Below, piece after piece: positions 38,331 to 48,456 of a stretch of DNA of 61,903 nt. The translations under genes were made by a program, and so were the position numbers. Source of the DNA: Deltaproteobacteria bacterium (GTDB lineage Bacteria; Desulfobacterota; Deferrimicrobia; Deferrimicrobiales; Deferrimicrobiaceae); the NCBI GenBank assembly GCA_016220005.1, contig JACRIV010000079.1, positions 1 to 61,903 on the forward strand. The letters run 5' to 3'. Position 1 is the stretch's first letter. Every line of letters begins with the position of its first letter. Under the pieces are notes generated by a model, which was given only the letters and a program-made list of their open reading frames with translations, was not told where the DNA came from and did not search any database.

Positions 38331-41003
38331 TTACTCCCCGATCGCATCGAGGAGCGCGGCGCGGATCTCCTCGAGCCGGCCCTCGTCCAGGACCTTGCCG
38401 CGCCCCCGGTCCGTGATGTAGAAGACGTCGGCGACCTGGTCGGCCTTGGTGGAGATCTTCGACAGGGCGATGTCGATCTTCATGGCCGTGAGCGTGCGGG
38501 TGATATCGTACAGGAGCCCGAGCCGGTCGTAGGTGAAGACGTCGACGACCGTGTACTTCGACGAGACCGAGTTGTCGAAGACCACCTTCGTGGGGCGGTA
38601 CTTCGTCACCTTCTCTCGGACAAACCGGGCGATCTTGCGCTCGGCCAGGAGCTGCTCCACCGTGGTCTCCCCCAGCAGGACGGCGGAGAGGTCCTGGAGC
38701 ACCCGCTCCTTCTTGGCGTCCCCCTTGAGACTCCTCCCCATGTAGGTGACATAGAAGGTGTCCAGGGCGATCCCGTCGACCGAGGTGGAGATCGTGGCGT
38801 TCAGGATGTTGATCCCGTTGGCCGACAGGGTCCCCGCAATCTTGGCGAAGAGCCCCCGCTGATCGGTCCATACGATGATCAGCTCGGAAGCGCCGGAGTC
38901 GGGGAAGTCCACCGCCTCGATCCGCGGCGCGGTCCCGTCGAACCCGGACAGGAGGCGCAGGTGGCTCTCGAAGCGTCCGTCGGGCGTTCCCAGGAAGTAG
39001 CGGTCGTCGAACCGGGAGAGGTACCGGTCGACCTCCTGCCGGGGGAAGGCCGCAAGCCACTCCCGCACCTGCTCGCGCCGCTGCAGCGGCCGTTCCTCGT
39101 AGACCCGCTTGAGCTTCCCGGTTTCCAGGACGTTCTTCGCCTTGTCGTAGACCTCCGCGAGGAGCATCGCCTTCCACTGGGTCCACACCTCCGGCCCGAC
39201 CTCCTTCAGGTCCGCGTAGGTGAGGAGGTAGAGCCGGTCGAGGCGGTGCGGAGTCCCCACGACCCCCGCGAACGAGAGGATGAGTTCGATGTCGTGCAGG
39301 TCCCGGCGCTGGGAAGTGTGCGCCATCAGGAGGTGGTTCTCCACCAGGAAGACGAGGTCGGAGATCTCGTTCTCCGCAAGCCCCAACCGGGCGCCGATCG
39401 TCGCCACGAGCTTCGCGCCGATCTCCGAATGGCCGTGCCCCTTCCCCTTGCCGATGTCGTGCAGCAGGATCGCCAGGTTCAGCAGGTCCTTGCGTGGGAT
39501 CGCCCGGTAGATCTTGAGAAACTCCTCATCCTCCCCCGTGCGGGAGGAGGCGTTTTCCAGCTGGGAGAAGACGCTGGCGGCGCGGATCAGGTGGATGTCC
39601 ACGGTGTAGACATGGTAGATGTCCCGCAGCACCTTGCTGTACAGAGGGGAGAATTCCGGGATGTAGCGCCCCAGGAACCGGCACTCGTTCATCGCGAGCA
39701 GCGTTTCCCGCAGGTGGTGCGGGTCCTCGAGGATCTCCAGGAACAGGGCCGACGCCCGCGTATCCTCCCGGAACGCTTCGCCCACCACGGGGAGCGCCCG
39801 CTGGATCTGCTTCTTGGCCTGCACGGAGAGGACCGCGTGGGTCTTCTGCATCGTCCGGAAGAACTCCAGGATCTTGACGGGGTCCTTGTGGAAGGAGGAG
39901 CTGTCCTTGAGGGAAAGCTTCCCCCGGTAGAGGATCCCCTCCCCCGCCATCGCCTTCTTCCGGATGGAGAAGAAGGGCTTGCGCTCCCCCTCGGGGAGGA
40001 ACCGGCCGACCTCCTCCAGGAGCTCCTCGGAGAGGACGGCAGCGGAGGCGGCGTGCATGTAGTACGCCCGCATGAACCGCTCGACCGCATAGTTCCTCCC
40101 GTAATCGCGGTACCGGAAGAGCTCGGCCATCTGTTCCTGGACCTCGAAAGTCAGGACGTCGGTCTTCTTCCCCGTGAGAAAGTGCAGCTCGTTGCGGACC
40201 CGGAGCAGGTAGGACAGAATGTGCTGGATGGCCCGGATCGTCTGGGAGCCTATGACCCCCTTGTTCCTGAGCTCCGTCAGGTTGCGGGACTTGTACTTGA
40301 TGCGGGCCGTCCAGATGGCGGTGTGCAGGTCCCGCAGGCCTCCCTTTCCCTCCTTGATGTTGGGCTCGAGGAGGTACACCGTGGAGCCGAACTTTGCGTG
40401 GCGTGTCCGCAGCTCCTTGATCTTCTTTTCGATGAACTTGTCGGCGTCCGTGAAAAAGAGGAACTTCTCGATCTCCTTCTCCGCCTCGCGGAAGAAGGAC
40501 TCGTGGCCCGTGATCAGTCGGTAGTCCAGGAGCGCCGTTCGGATCGAGTCGTCCGCCGCGGACATCCGGACCGTCTCCTTGACGTTGCGCACGCTGTGGC
40601 CCACGTCCAGGCCCAGGTCCCACAGGGGGTACAGCATCCATTCGGTCATCGCCTCGACGTAGCGATCCACCTTGTACGGGTGCAGGAAGAGGAGGTCGAC
40701 GTCCGACTTGGGGCACAGCTCCCGCCTGCCGTACCCGCCGACCGCCACGACCGCCAGCTTGTAGCCGAGGTCCGGTGCCGAAGCCAGGAACCGGCGGCTG
40801 GCGCGCTCGTGGAGCGCCCCCAGGACGGCGTCCATCGCGTCGGAATAGCGGCCGCAGGCGGCGCAGCCGCCGGAGACGCCGTCGCGCTGCTCCTCCCGCA
40901 GGGCGAAGAGAGTCCCGGAGAGGAAGGACCTCAGGTACTCGAGGAAGTCGCGGTCGGACAGGTCCTCGCGGGCGGGGTCCATCTGGAAGACGGGCAGGGA
41001 CAT
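38331..41003 (-). CDS. glnD: [Protein-PII] uridylyltransferase
   Basis: AVGGYGRRELCPKSDVDL, EPNIKEGKGGLRDLH, HVYTVD, LLHDIGKG, two C-terminal ACT domains. Confidence 0.95.
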   Translation of the reverse strand: MSLPVFQMDPAREDLSDRDFLEYLRSFLSGTLFALREEQRDGVSGGCAACGRYSDAMDAVLGALHERASRRFLASAPDLGYKLAVVAVGGYGRRELCPKSDVDLLFLHPYKVDRYVEAMTEWMLYPLWDLGLDVGHSVRNVKETVRMSAADDSIRTALLDYRLITGHESFFREAEKEIEKFLFFTDADKFIEKKIKELRTRHAKFGSTVYLLEPNIKEGKGGLRDLHTAIWTARIKYKSRNLTELRNKGVIGSQTIRAIQHILSYLLRVRNELHFLTGKKTDVLTFEVQEQMAELFRYRDYGRNYAVERFMRAYYMHAASAAVLSEELLEEVGRFLPEGERKPFFSIRKKAMAGEGILYRGKLSLKDSSSFHKDPVKILEFFRTMQKTHAVLSVQAKKQIQRALPVVGEAFREDTRASALFLEILEDPHHLRETLLAMNECRFLGRYIPEFSPLYSKVLRDIYHVYTVDIHLIRAASVFSQLENASSRTGEDEEFLKIYRAIPRKDLLNLAILLHDIGKGKGHGHSEIGAKLVATIGARLGLAENEISDLVFLVENHLLMAHTSQRRDLHDIELILSFAGVVGTPHRLDRLYLLTYADLKEVGPEVWTQWKAMLLAEVYDKAKNVLETGKLKRVYEERPLQRREQVREWLAAFPRQEVDRYLSRFDDRYFLGTPDGRFESHLRLLSGFDGTAPRIEAVDFPDSGASELIIVWTDQRGLFAKIAGTLSANGINILNATISTSVDGIALDTFYVTYMGRSLKGDAKKERVLQDLSAVLLGETTVEQLLAERKIARFVREKVTKYRPTKVVFDNSVSSKYTVVDVFTYDRLGLLYDITRTLTAMKIDIALSKISTKADQVADVFYITDRGRGKVLDEGRLEEIRAALLDAIGE

Positions 41004-41016
41004 GGGCTTCGCGGCC

Positions 41017-42291
41017 TCACGGCCCCGCGCGGGCCACCGCGGCCTTTTCCCCGTAGTAGCGGACCGCCTCGACCACGCTGTCGGCGATCGCGGCCAGGAA
41101 CGAAGTGCCGCGCAGCCGCGCCTCCTCGCGCGCGTTGGTGATGAAGGAGGTCTCGACGAGCACCGCGGTCATTCGGGCGCCCACCAGGACGTAGAACGGC
41201 GCCTGCTTGAGGCCCAGGTCGTGGACCGGCCCGAATCGGCCGTTCACGTTCCGCACGATCGCGTCGTTGACGGTCTTGGCGAGCCGGAGCGACTCCTTCT
41301 TCCGCCAGGAGGTGGAGAGGTCGTCGATGATGAACTTGACCCCCGTGAGCTTCGCCAGCGGCACGCCGTTCTCCCGGGCGGCCAGCTCGAGGGCCTGCCG
41401 GTCGCTCGCGCCGCGGCTCAGGACGTAGGTGGAGATCCCCTCCGCCCGCCGGTTCGGACTGGCGTTTATGTGGAGCGAGACGAAGATGTCGGCCCGCGCC
41501 TCGTTCGCCATCGCGGTGCGCTCCTCCAGGGGGATGAAGATGTCGGAGTCCCGGGTCATCTTCACGTCGAACTCCTCGTGTCTTTCCAGCCGCTCCCGCA
41601 CCATCTTCCCGATCGCGAGAACCACGTCCTTCTCCTTCAGGCCGGTCGGCCCGATCGCCCCCGGGTCCTTCCCGCCGTGCCCCGGGTCGAGCATCACCCG
41701 GATCCTTGCCCCTCCGGCCCGCCTCGGCTCGCTTCCGCCCCCATCCTTCACCGGGGACATCTCCTCGGGGGGACATTCCTTGCATCGAGTATCACGTTGA
41801 AGGAGTGCCCCCCCCCGGTGCGGTTGAGGAGTGTCCCCGCCCGGCTCGGTCGACGCCGCCTCCGCCTTCCCCTCGATGTCGACGATGATCCGGAAGGGGT
41901 CGGTCATCGTGAAGGCGCGGTATCCGCTCTCCCGCTCCAGGTCGATCACGACCCGCACCACGCCCTTCCTGAACCGGCCGGCCCGGACGACCTTGAGCAG
42001 GCCGTTCCGCACCTCCACCGGGCGGCGGAGGATCTCCTCCCGGATCGACGCATCCTCGATATCGATGTAGATCCGGGGAGGCAGGTTGCTCTCCGGGTCG
42101 GCGCGCAGGAAGTTCGCCTCGTACTTCGCCTCGTCGGAAAGGTCGACGGCGACTCGCGTGTACTCCTCGTTGGTCCAGAACCGGATCCCGGACACCGCGG
42201 CGTGCCGGGGGGACGCAAGGGACAGGAAGGGCGGAAGAAGGAGCGAGGCGGCCAGGAAAGCCGCCCGTAATTGGGGCGGGATGGGCCTCAC
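41017..42291 (-). CDS. N-acetylmuramoyl-L-alanine amidase with AMIN domains
   Basis: Signal peptide, AMIN-like repeats, LDPGHGGKDPGA, EKD, FVSLHIN, VLVE. Confidence 0.92.
   Translation of the reverse strand: MRPIPPQLRAAFLAASLLLPPFLSLASPRHAAVSGIRFWTNEEYTRVAVDLSDEAKYEANFLRADPESNLPPRIYIDIEDASIREEILRRPVEVRNGLLKVVRAGRFRKGVVRVVIDLERESGYRAFTMTDPFRIIVDIEGKAEAASTEPGGDTPQPHRGGALLQRDTRCKECPPEEMSPVKDGGGSEPRRAGGARIRVMLDPGHGGKDPGAIGPTGLKEKDVVLAIGKMVRERLERHEEFDVKMTRDSDIFIPLEERTAMANEARADIFVSLHINASPNRRAEGISTYVLSRGASDRQALELAARENGVPLAKLTGVKFIIDDLSTSWRKKESLRLAKTVNDAIVRNVNGRFGPVHDLGLKQAPFYVLVGARMTAVLVETSFITNAREEARLRGTSFLAAIADSVVEAVRYYGEKAAVARAGP
41753..41838. repeat. Nested palindromic GGGGAC(A)YTCCT repeat inside the amidase linker, in frame
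   Basis: GGGGACATCTCCTC 41753, GGGGGGACATTCCTT 41767; inverted AAGGAGTGCCCCCC 41800, GAGGAGTGTCCCC 41826. Confidence 0.7.
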
Positions 42292-44876
42292 CGTATTTCC
42301 TTCGTCAACCTCTCTTTCCACGCCACGAGGCGAAGGAGCGCGTCCAGCGGAGAGAGCCGTTCCGCGTCCGCTTTCCGTATTTCCTCGAGGATGGCGTCCT
42401 CCTCCGAGGAGCGCCTCCCGCCGAACAGCTCCATCTGCGCCGCGGGCAGGCCTTCGCCTGCGGCCGGGCCGGCGATGTTGGGCAACCCGTATTCATTATA
42501 CTCGGCGGATTCGAGGTTTTTCAAAATATCTCGGGCCCGGCCGACGACCTCGTCCGGGATCCCCGCCAACCGCGCGACCTGGATCCCGTAGGACTTGCTG
42601 GCGCTCCCGCCGTCGATCCGCCGCAGGAAGATGATCTCCCCCTGCCACTCGCGGACCGCCACGTGGAAGTTCTCCGCCCTGGGGGAGGTCTGCACGATGT
42701 CGGTCAGCTCGTGGAAATGGGTCGCGAAAAGCACCTTGGGCCGATGGGCGCAGTCGTGCAGGTATTCGGCGACCGCCCAGGCGATGCTCAGGCCGTCGAA
42801 GGTGCTCGTCCCGCGGCCGACCTCGTCCAGCACCACCAGCGTTCGAGGGGTGAGCCCCGACAGGATCCGGGCGGTCTCCCGCATCTCGACCATGAAGGTG
42901 CTCTCCCCGCGCGCGATGTCGTCGGAGGCCCCGATCCGGGTGAAGATCCGGTCGACCACGCCGATCTCCGCCCGGTCGGCGGGGACGAAAGACCCCGCAT
43001 GGGCCAGGATCACGATCAGCGCCACCTGCCGGATGTAGGTGGACTTGCCGGCCATGTTGGGGCCGGTGATGATCGCCATCTGGCTCCCGTCGGGGGAGAG
43101 GCGGCAGTCGTTGGGGACAAAGGCGTGCCGGCCCAGGATCCGCTCGACGACCGGGTGTCGCCCGTTCTCGATGACGATATCCTTCCCGGCGTTGATCGTC
43201 GGACGCCCGTAGCCGGCTGTCCCGGCGAGCGAAGCGAACGAGACGAGGACGTCGATCTCGGCCACGCCTTCCGCCGCCCTGACGATCGCGGGCAGGAAAT
43301 ATTTCAGCTCCTCCCGCAAGGCGAGGAAGAGCTCCTCCTCCCTGCCATTGCGTTCCTCCTCCGCCCGCAGGACTCTCCCCTCGAAATCCTTCAGCTCCGG
43401 GGTGATGAATCGCTCGGCGTTTACCAGGGTCTGCTTCCGGATGTAGTCGTCGGGGACCCGGTCCAGGTTGGACCGGGACACCTCGATGTAGTACCCGAAC
43501 ACCCTGTTGTGGCGAATCTTGAGGTTGGCGATACCCGTGCGCTGCCGCTCCCGCTCCTCCATCTCCGCGAGCATGTTCTTACCGTGGGTGAGCAGGTGGA
43601 CGAGCTCGTCGACCCGCCGGTCGTACCCCTCCCGGATGAAGCCCCCTTCCCGAAAGCCGACGGGGAGCTCGTCCCGCAAGGCGGCGCGGATCTTCCCCAC
43701 GGTCGCGGTGTGGTCGCCAAGCCCCTCCCGGGCCCGCGCAAGGAGCGGGGAGTACGCCTGCCCCAGGTCCGACTGGACCCCGGGAAGCAGTTCCAGGGTA
43801 TCGGCCAGGGCCGCGACGTCCCGGGGGCCCGACCGGTCCTGGGCCAGGCGCGAGGCGAGCCGGGGGAGGTCCGCCATCCCGGAGAGGCGCAGGGCGATCG
43901 CCCCCCGGACGGGTTGGGATTCCAGGAGCCAGGCAACGGCGTCGTGCCGCTCCCCGATACGCGCCGGGTCGACCAGGGGGGCGGACAGCCAGGCGCGGAG
44001 GAGCCTCGCCCCCATCGGCGTCTTCGTATTGTCGATCGCCCAGAGGAGGCTCCCCTTTCGCTCTCCCGACAGGGTGGAGAAGATCTCCAGCGTCCGGACG
44101 GCGGTCTCATCCATCCCCAGGTACCGCCTCCCCTCCCGCTCCTGGACCCTCGAGATCTCGGCCAGGGCCGCCGGCTGGTGAAGGTGGAGGTAGTACAGGG
44201 CGGCCCGGACGACGCCGCGCGCCGGGCGCCCCGCGTCCGGCACCCCCTCGGGGTCCGACGGCGGGGAAAATGCCTCCACCGCGGCCTTCGCCAAGGCCGT
44301 ATGGAGCTTTCCGGAAAGTATCCTCCGGAGCCGGTCCGACGGCGGGCTCCCCTCCCCTTCCAGGGAGACGAACTCGGCGGGAGAAAGCCGGAACAGGGCG
44401 TCGGAGAGCGCCTCCTCCGTGTCGCACGCCTCGAAGAAGAACTCCCCCGTGGTGGCGTCCAGGGCGGCGTAGGCGTAAGGCGGCACGAACCGCACTGCAG
44501 CCAGGTAATTGTTCCCCCGGGCATCGAGGCACTCGTCGTTGAACACGAGGCCCGGCGTCACCACCTCGGTCACCTCCCGCCGGAACAGTCCGTGGCCTCC
44601 GGGCTCCTCTATCTGCTCGCAGATCGCCACCTTGCACCCCTGTCGTATCAGTCGGGACAGGTAGGTGTTGCGGGCGTTGTGAGGGACCCCGCACATGGGG
44701 ATGTTCGAGTCCTTGTCCCGGCTGGTCAGGGCGATGTCCAGGAGGCGGGAGGCCCGGATGGCGTCCTCGAAGAACATCTCGTAGAAGTCGCCCATTCGGA
44801 AGAAGAGGATGCAGTCCCGGTAGCGGGACTTGATCTCCACGTACTGTCGCATGGCGGGGGTGAGCTGGGTCGACAT
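42288..44876 (-). CDS. mutS: DNA mismatch repair protein MutS
   Basis: FFRMGDFYEMF, GPNMAGKSTY, STFMVEM, DEVGRGT, ATHFHEL. Confidence 0.97.
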   Translation of the reverse strand: MSTQLTPAMRQYVEIKSRYRDCILFFRMGDFYEMFFEDAIRASRLLDIALTSRDKDSNIPMCGVPHNARNTYLSRLIRQGCKVAICEQIEEPGGHGLFRREVTEVVTPGLVFNDECLDARGNNYLAAVRFVPPYAYAALDATTGEFFFEACDTEEALSDALFRLSPAEFVSLEGEGSPPSDRLRRILSGKLHTALAKAAVEAFSPPSDPEGVPDAGRPARGVVRAALYYLHLHQPAALAEISRVQEREGRRYLGMDETAVRTLEIFSTLSGERKGSLLWAIDNTKTPMGARLLRAWLSAPLVDPARIGERHDAVAWLLESQPVRGAIALRLSGMADLPRLASRLAQDRSGPRDVAALADTLELLPGVQSDLGQAYSPLLARAREGLGDHTATVGKIRAALRDELPVGFREGGFIREGYDRRVDELVHLLTHGKNMLAEMEERERQRTGIANLKIRHNRVFGYYIEVSRSNLDRVPDDYIRKQTLVNAERFITPELKDFEGRVLRAEEERNGREEELFLALREELKYFLPAIVRAAEGVAEIDVLVSFASLAGTAGYGRPTINAGKDIVIENGRHPVVERILGRHAFVPNDCRLSPDGSQMAIITGPNMAGKSTYIRQVALIVILAHAGSFVPADRAEIGVVDRIFTRIGASDDIARGESTFMVEMRETARILSGLTPRTLVVLDEVGRGTSTFDGLSIAWAVAEYLHDCAHRPKVLFATHFHELTDIVQTSPRAENFHVAVREWQGEIIFLRRIDGGSASKSYGIQVARLAGIPDEVVGRARDILKNLESAEYNEYGLPNIAGPAAGEGLPAAQMELFGGRRSSEEDAILEEIRKADAERLSPLDALLRLVAWKERLTKEIR

Positions 44877-44893
44877 TCCGGTGCCGGGCGGCG

Positions 44894-45394
44894 CTAGGGG
44901 CGGAGCGGCCCGAACCTCGGAAGCAGCCGGGCGTGCGTCTCGGGGAGCGATTCGGGCAGGACGCGCGTCGACTGGACCGTGGTCATGAAATTGGTGTCCC
45001 CGCCCCAGCGGGGGACGACGTGCAGGTGAAGGTGGTCCTCTATCCCGGCGCCGGCCACCCGGCCCAGGTTCATCCCGACGTTGAACCCTTGAGGGTTGTA
45101 CTCTTCCGCGAGGGCCCTGGTGGAGAGGGCCAGCAGGGACATCAGCTCGGCAAGCTCCTCGCGCGAGAGGGAGGAGAGGTCGGCGACGTGCCGCCGCGTG
45201 GCGATCATCACGTGCCCGTTATTGTAGGGATAGCGGTTGCAGATCGCGAGGGTGCGGTGATAGATCCCCAGGACCAGGCGCTCGGGGTCCCCCCGGTCCG
45301 CCTCCCCGACGCAGAAGAGGCAACGCCCCCCTCCCCCGCCCGGGTCGCCCCGGCGGATGTACTCCATCCGCCAGGGGGAGAACATCCTCTCCAT
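44894..45394 (-). CDS. HIT family hydrolase (Ap4A phosphorylase-like)
   Basis: CLFC, NRYPYNNGH, HLHLHVVPRW. Confidence 0.9.
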   Translation of the reverse strand: MERMFSPWRMEYIRRGDPGGGGGRCLFCVGEADRGDPERLVLGIYHRTLAICNRYPYNNGHVMIATRRHVADLSSLSREELAELMSLLALSTRALAEEYNPQGFNVGMNLGRVAGAGIEDHLHLHVVPRWGGDTNFMTTVQSTRVLPESLPETHARLLPRFGPLRP

Positions 45395-45401
45395 CGGGGA
45401 A

Positions 45402-45689
45402 TCAGGCGTTGACCAGTTCCCGGAGTTCCTTGCCCACCTTGAAGAAGGGGATCCGCTTCTCGGGGATCGACACCTTCTCTCCGGTCTTGGGGTTGCGCCC
45501 TTCCTTGGCGCGGCGGACGCGGACGGTGAAACTGCCGAAACCGCGTATCTCTATCTTCTCTCCCCGCTGCAAGGCGTCCTTCATATGGTCGAAAACGGTG
45601 TCCACGATCGCCTCGCACTCCTTCTTCGTCAGGGTCGTTACATGCTCCGACAGTTTCTGGACGAGATCGCTTTTCGTCATTGCCGTCAT
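45402..45689 (-). CDS. ihfB: Integration host factor subunit beta
   Basis: IEIRGFGSF, GRNPKTGEKV, FKVGKELRE. Confidence 0.88.
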   Translation of the reverse strand: MTAMTKSDLVQKLSEHVTTLTKKECEAIVDTVFDHMKDALQRGEKIEIRGFGSFTVRVRRAKEGRNPKTGEKVSIPEKRIPFFKVGKELRELVNA

Positions 45690-45704
45690 TCCCTCCGGGG
45701 GGAT

Positions 45705-46607
45705 TTATTGTGCAAGGTAATCGAGGCGGATCCGATTCTCGCTCAGCTTGTCACCGATTATACTTTTCGCCTCATCCTTTAGCAATTCCAGGATGGAGAT
45801 CTTTTTCTTGGGCGGGGTCACCACGCGGGGCTCCCCCTCGATCTTCGCCATCTTGCCCGCGTCCGCCACGGCGTCCTCGAGGTTCCCGAGGGCGTCCACC
45901 AGGCCCAGCGTCTTGGCCTGCTCGCCGGACAAGATCCTCCCGTCGGCGATGCGCAGGACCTTCTCCCGGGGGAGCCTCCTTCCTTCCGCAACCGCGGAGA
46001 CGAACTGCAGGTGGACGTTGTCGATCACCCCCTGGAGCAGCTCGCGCTCCTCGGGCTTCATCTCCCGGACGGGGGACCCGATGTCCTTGAAGGCGCCGCT
46101 TTTCACCACCATCCCTTTAAGGCCGATCTTCTCGATCAGATCCTTCACGTTCACAAACTGCATGATCACCCCGATCGACCCGGTGATCGTCCCGGGGTTG
46201 GCGTAGATCTTCTGGGCGGCGCAGGCGATGTAGTACCCCCCCGAGGCCGCGAGCGCTCCCATCGAGGCGACCACGACCTTCTTCCCCTTGAGCTTCCTGA
46301 CCTCCTCGTAGATCTCCTGGGAAGGGCCCACACCCCCGCCCGGGGTGTTGATGCGGAGGACGATCGCCTTGACCGAGTCGTCCTTGGCGAACTTCTTGAG
46401 CTGATCTATCGTGGCCTCGGAATCGGTGATGAGGCCCGTGACGGGCAGGACCGCCACCTTGTCCCCCGTCTTGAGGGACAGCCCGTCCAGCCGGGAGATG
46501 ATCCCGATGAGGACGAAGAATGCGGCGAAGACCAAGGCGATGATCGCGCATCCGCGCAGGAACGGGCGGCGGGCACGCGGCGCCGGGAGGGGCGTCTCGA
46601 CGTTCAT
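45705..46607 (-). CDS. sppA: Signal peptide peptidase SppA (short type)
   Basis: LRINTPGG, AASGGYY, TGSIGV, KSGAFKD. Confidence 0.93.
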   Translation of the reverse strand: MNVETPLPAPRARRPFLRGCAIIALVFAAFFVLIGIISRLDGLSLKTGDKVAVLPVTGLITDSEATIDQLKKFAKDDSVKAIVLRINTPGGGVGPSQEIYEEVRKLKGKKVVVASMGALAASGGYYIACAAQKIYANPGTITGSIGVIMQFVNVKDLIEKIGLKGMVVKSGAFKDIGSPVREMKPEERELLQGVIDNVHLQFVSAVAEGRRLPREKVLRIADGRILSGEQAKTLGLVDALGNLEDAVADAGKMAKIEGEPRVVTPPKKKISILELLKDEAKSIIGDKLSENRIRLDYLAQ

Positions 46608-46620
46608 TGTCGGTCTGGTG

Positions 46621-48372
46621 CTACTCGCTGTTGATCTTCAGTTTCGCGCGGAGGGCCTCCCCCAGCACGGTCAGGTTCTCCGACGATTCGGCAGGCTTCG
46701 ACATGTACGACTCCATGTTCCTCCGGTCCAGCTCGTCCTGGTACGAACGGGCGCTAAGGGAGATCTTCTTGTTGCCCCGGTCCACCGAAAGCACGACCGC
46801 GCCCACCTCGTCCCCGGGCTTGAACAGGGAGCCCGGGTTGTCGACCTTCTCCCGGGAGAGCTCCGAGATGTGGACCAGCCCCTCGATTCCCTCGGCCAGC
46901 TCGACGAAGACGCCGAAGTCGGCCACCCGGGAGACCCGGCCGTGGACGATCTCCCCCTTCCTGAAGCGGGTCTCCACCCCTACCCAGGGATCGAGGGTGA
47001 GGTGCTTGATGCTCAGGGAGAACTTCTGGGACTCGGCGTCGACCTTCAGGACCCTGGCCTGCACCTTGTCCCCCCGCTTGAACATCTCCGAGGGGTGCTT
47101 GACCCGCTGGCTCCAGGAGATGTCGGAGACGTGGACCAGGCCGTCGATCTCCCCCCCGATGTCGACGAAGACGCCGAAGTCCGTGACGTTCTTGACCACC
47201 CCTTCGACGATCGTTCCCTCGGGGTGCAGGGCCTTGAGCTCGTCCCACGGGTTGGGCTGAAGCTGCTTGAACCCCAGGGAGACCTTCTTGTGCTCCTTCT
47301 CGACCTTGAGGACCACGACGTCCACGAAGTCGCCGGGCTTCATGACCTCGGACGGATCGCGCAGCTTCTTGCTCCAGGTCATCTCGGAGATGTGGAGCAG
47401 CCCCTCGACTCCCTCCTCGAGCTCGATGAAGGCGCCGTACTTGGTGATGTTGCTCACCCGTCCCTTGAACCGGCTTCCCAGCTGGTACCGCTTCTCGATT
47501 TCGAACCAGGGGTCGCCCTTCATCTGCTTGAGCCCCAGGGAGATCCGCTCTTTCTCGCGGTCGAAGCGGATCACCTTCACCCTGAGGGCGTCGCCCACCT
47601 TGCAGATTTCGGAAGGATGGGAGACCTTCCCGTACCTCATGTCGGTGATGTGCATCAGGCCGTCCAGGCCCCCCAGGTCCATGAACACGCCGTAGTCGGT
47701 GATGTTCTTGACCTTCGCCTCGACGACGTCGCCCTCCTTGATTCTCTCGAGGATCCCCTTGCGCAGGGTGTCGCGCTCCTCCTCCATGGCGGCGCGCCGG
47801 GAGACGACGACGTTGGCCTTCTTCCGGGAGAACTTGAGGATCCGGAACTTGCCCTGGAGCCCCAGGACGGAGTCGTTGTCCCGGACAGGACGGATGTCCA
47901 CCTGGCTGCCCGGGAGGAACGCCTTGACACCGATGTCGACCGTGAATCCGCCCTTGACCTTCGCCACGATGGTTCCGGGGACGGAGGTCGCCTCGTCGAA
48001 GGCCTTCTGCAGGTCGTCCCAGACCCGGATCTTCAGGACCTTGGAGCGGGAGAGAAGGACGAAGCCCTGCTCCTGGTCGTACCGCTCGACCATGATGTCC
48101 ACGCGGTCGCCGGGCTTGAGGCCGGCGATCTCCTCGGGGGGCAGCTCTTCGAGGGGAAGCATCCCCTCCGATTTCCGGTTGATGTCTACAGCAATGTAAT
48201 CCTTGAGGATCTTGATCACTACACCGTGGAGGATCTGCCCCTCTTCGGGGACCTCGATGCTTTCCTCGTAGAGTTTCGCGAAATCGTCCTCGGCCTTGCC
48301 CGCGGGGAGGCCTCCCCCGCCGCCTTCCTCTCCCCCTCCGGAATGGTCAGCGATGCCCAGTTTGTCCTCCAT
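46621..48372 (-). CDS. rpsA: 30S ribosomal protein S1
   Basis: Six S1 repeats (AFLPGSQ, DGLMHIT, EGLLHISE, DGLVHVSD, EGLVHISE); SD GAGGAG before ATG 48372. Confidence 0.95.
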   Translation of the reverse strand: MEDKLGIADHSGGGEEGGGGGLPAGKAEDDFAKLYEESIEVPEEGQILHGVVIKILKDYIAVDINRKSEGMLPLEELPPEEIAGLKPGDRVDIMVERYDQEQGFVLLSRSKVLKIRVWDDLQKAFDEATSVPGTIVAKVKGGFTVDIGVKAFLPGSQVDIRPVRDNDSVLGLQGKFRILKFSRKKANVVVSRRAAMEEERDTLRKGILERIKEGDVVEAKVKNITDYGVFMDLGGLDGLMHITDMRYGKVSHPSEICKVGDALRVKVIRFDREKERISLGLKQMKGDPWFEIEKRYQLGSRFKGRVSNITKYGAFIELEEGVEGLLHISEMTWSKKLRDPSEVMKPGDFVDVVVLKVEKEHKKVSLGFKQLQPNPWDELKALHPEGTIVEGVVKNVTDFGVFVDIGGEIDGLVHVSDISWSQRVKHPSEMFKRGDKVQARVLKVDAESQKFSLSIKHLTLDPWVGVETRFRKGEIVHGRVSRVADFGVFVELAEGIEGLVHISELSREKVDNPGSLFKPGDEVGAVVLSVDRGNKKISLSARSYQDELDRRNMESYMSKPAESSENLTVLGEALRAKLKINSE

Positions 48373-48456
48373 AAGTTGCTCCTCTAAAGGGGATTCCTCT
48401 CCATCATATAAATCATACTCCACCGAATATGCAAATCTCCGGAAAGCTCCATCTTA

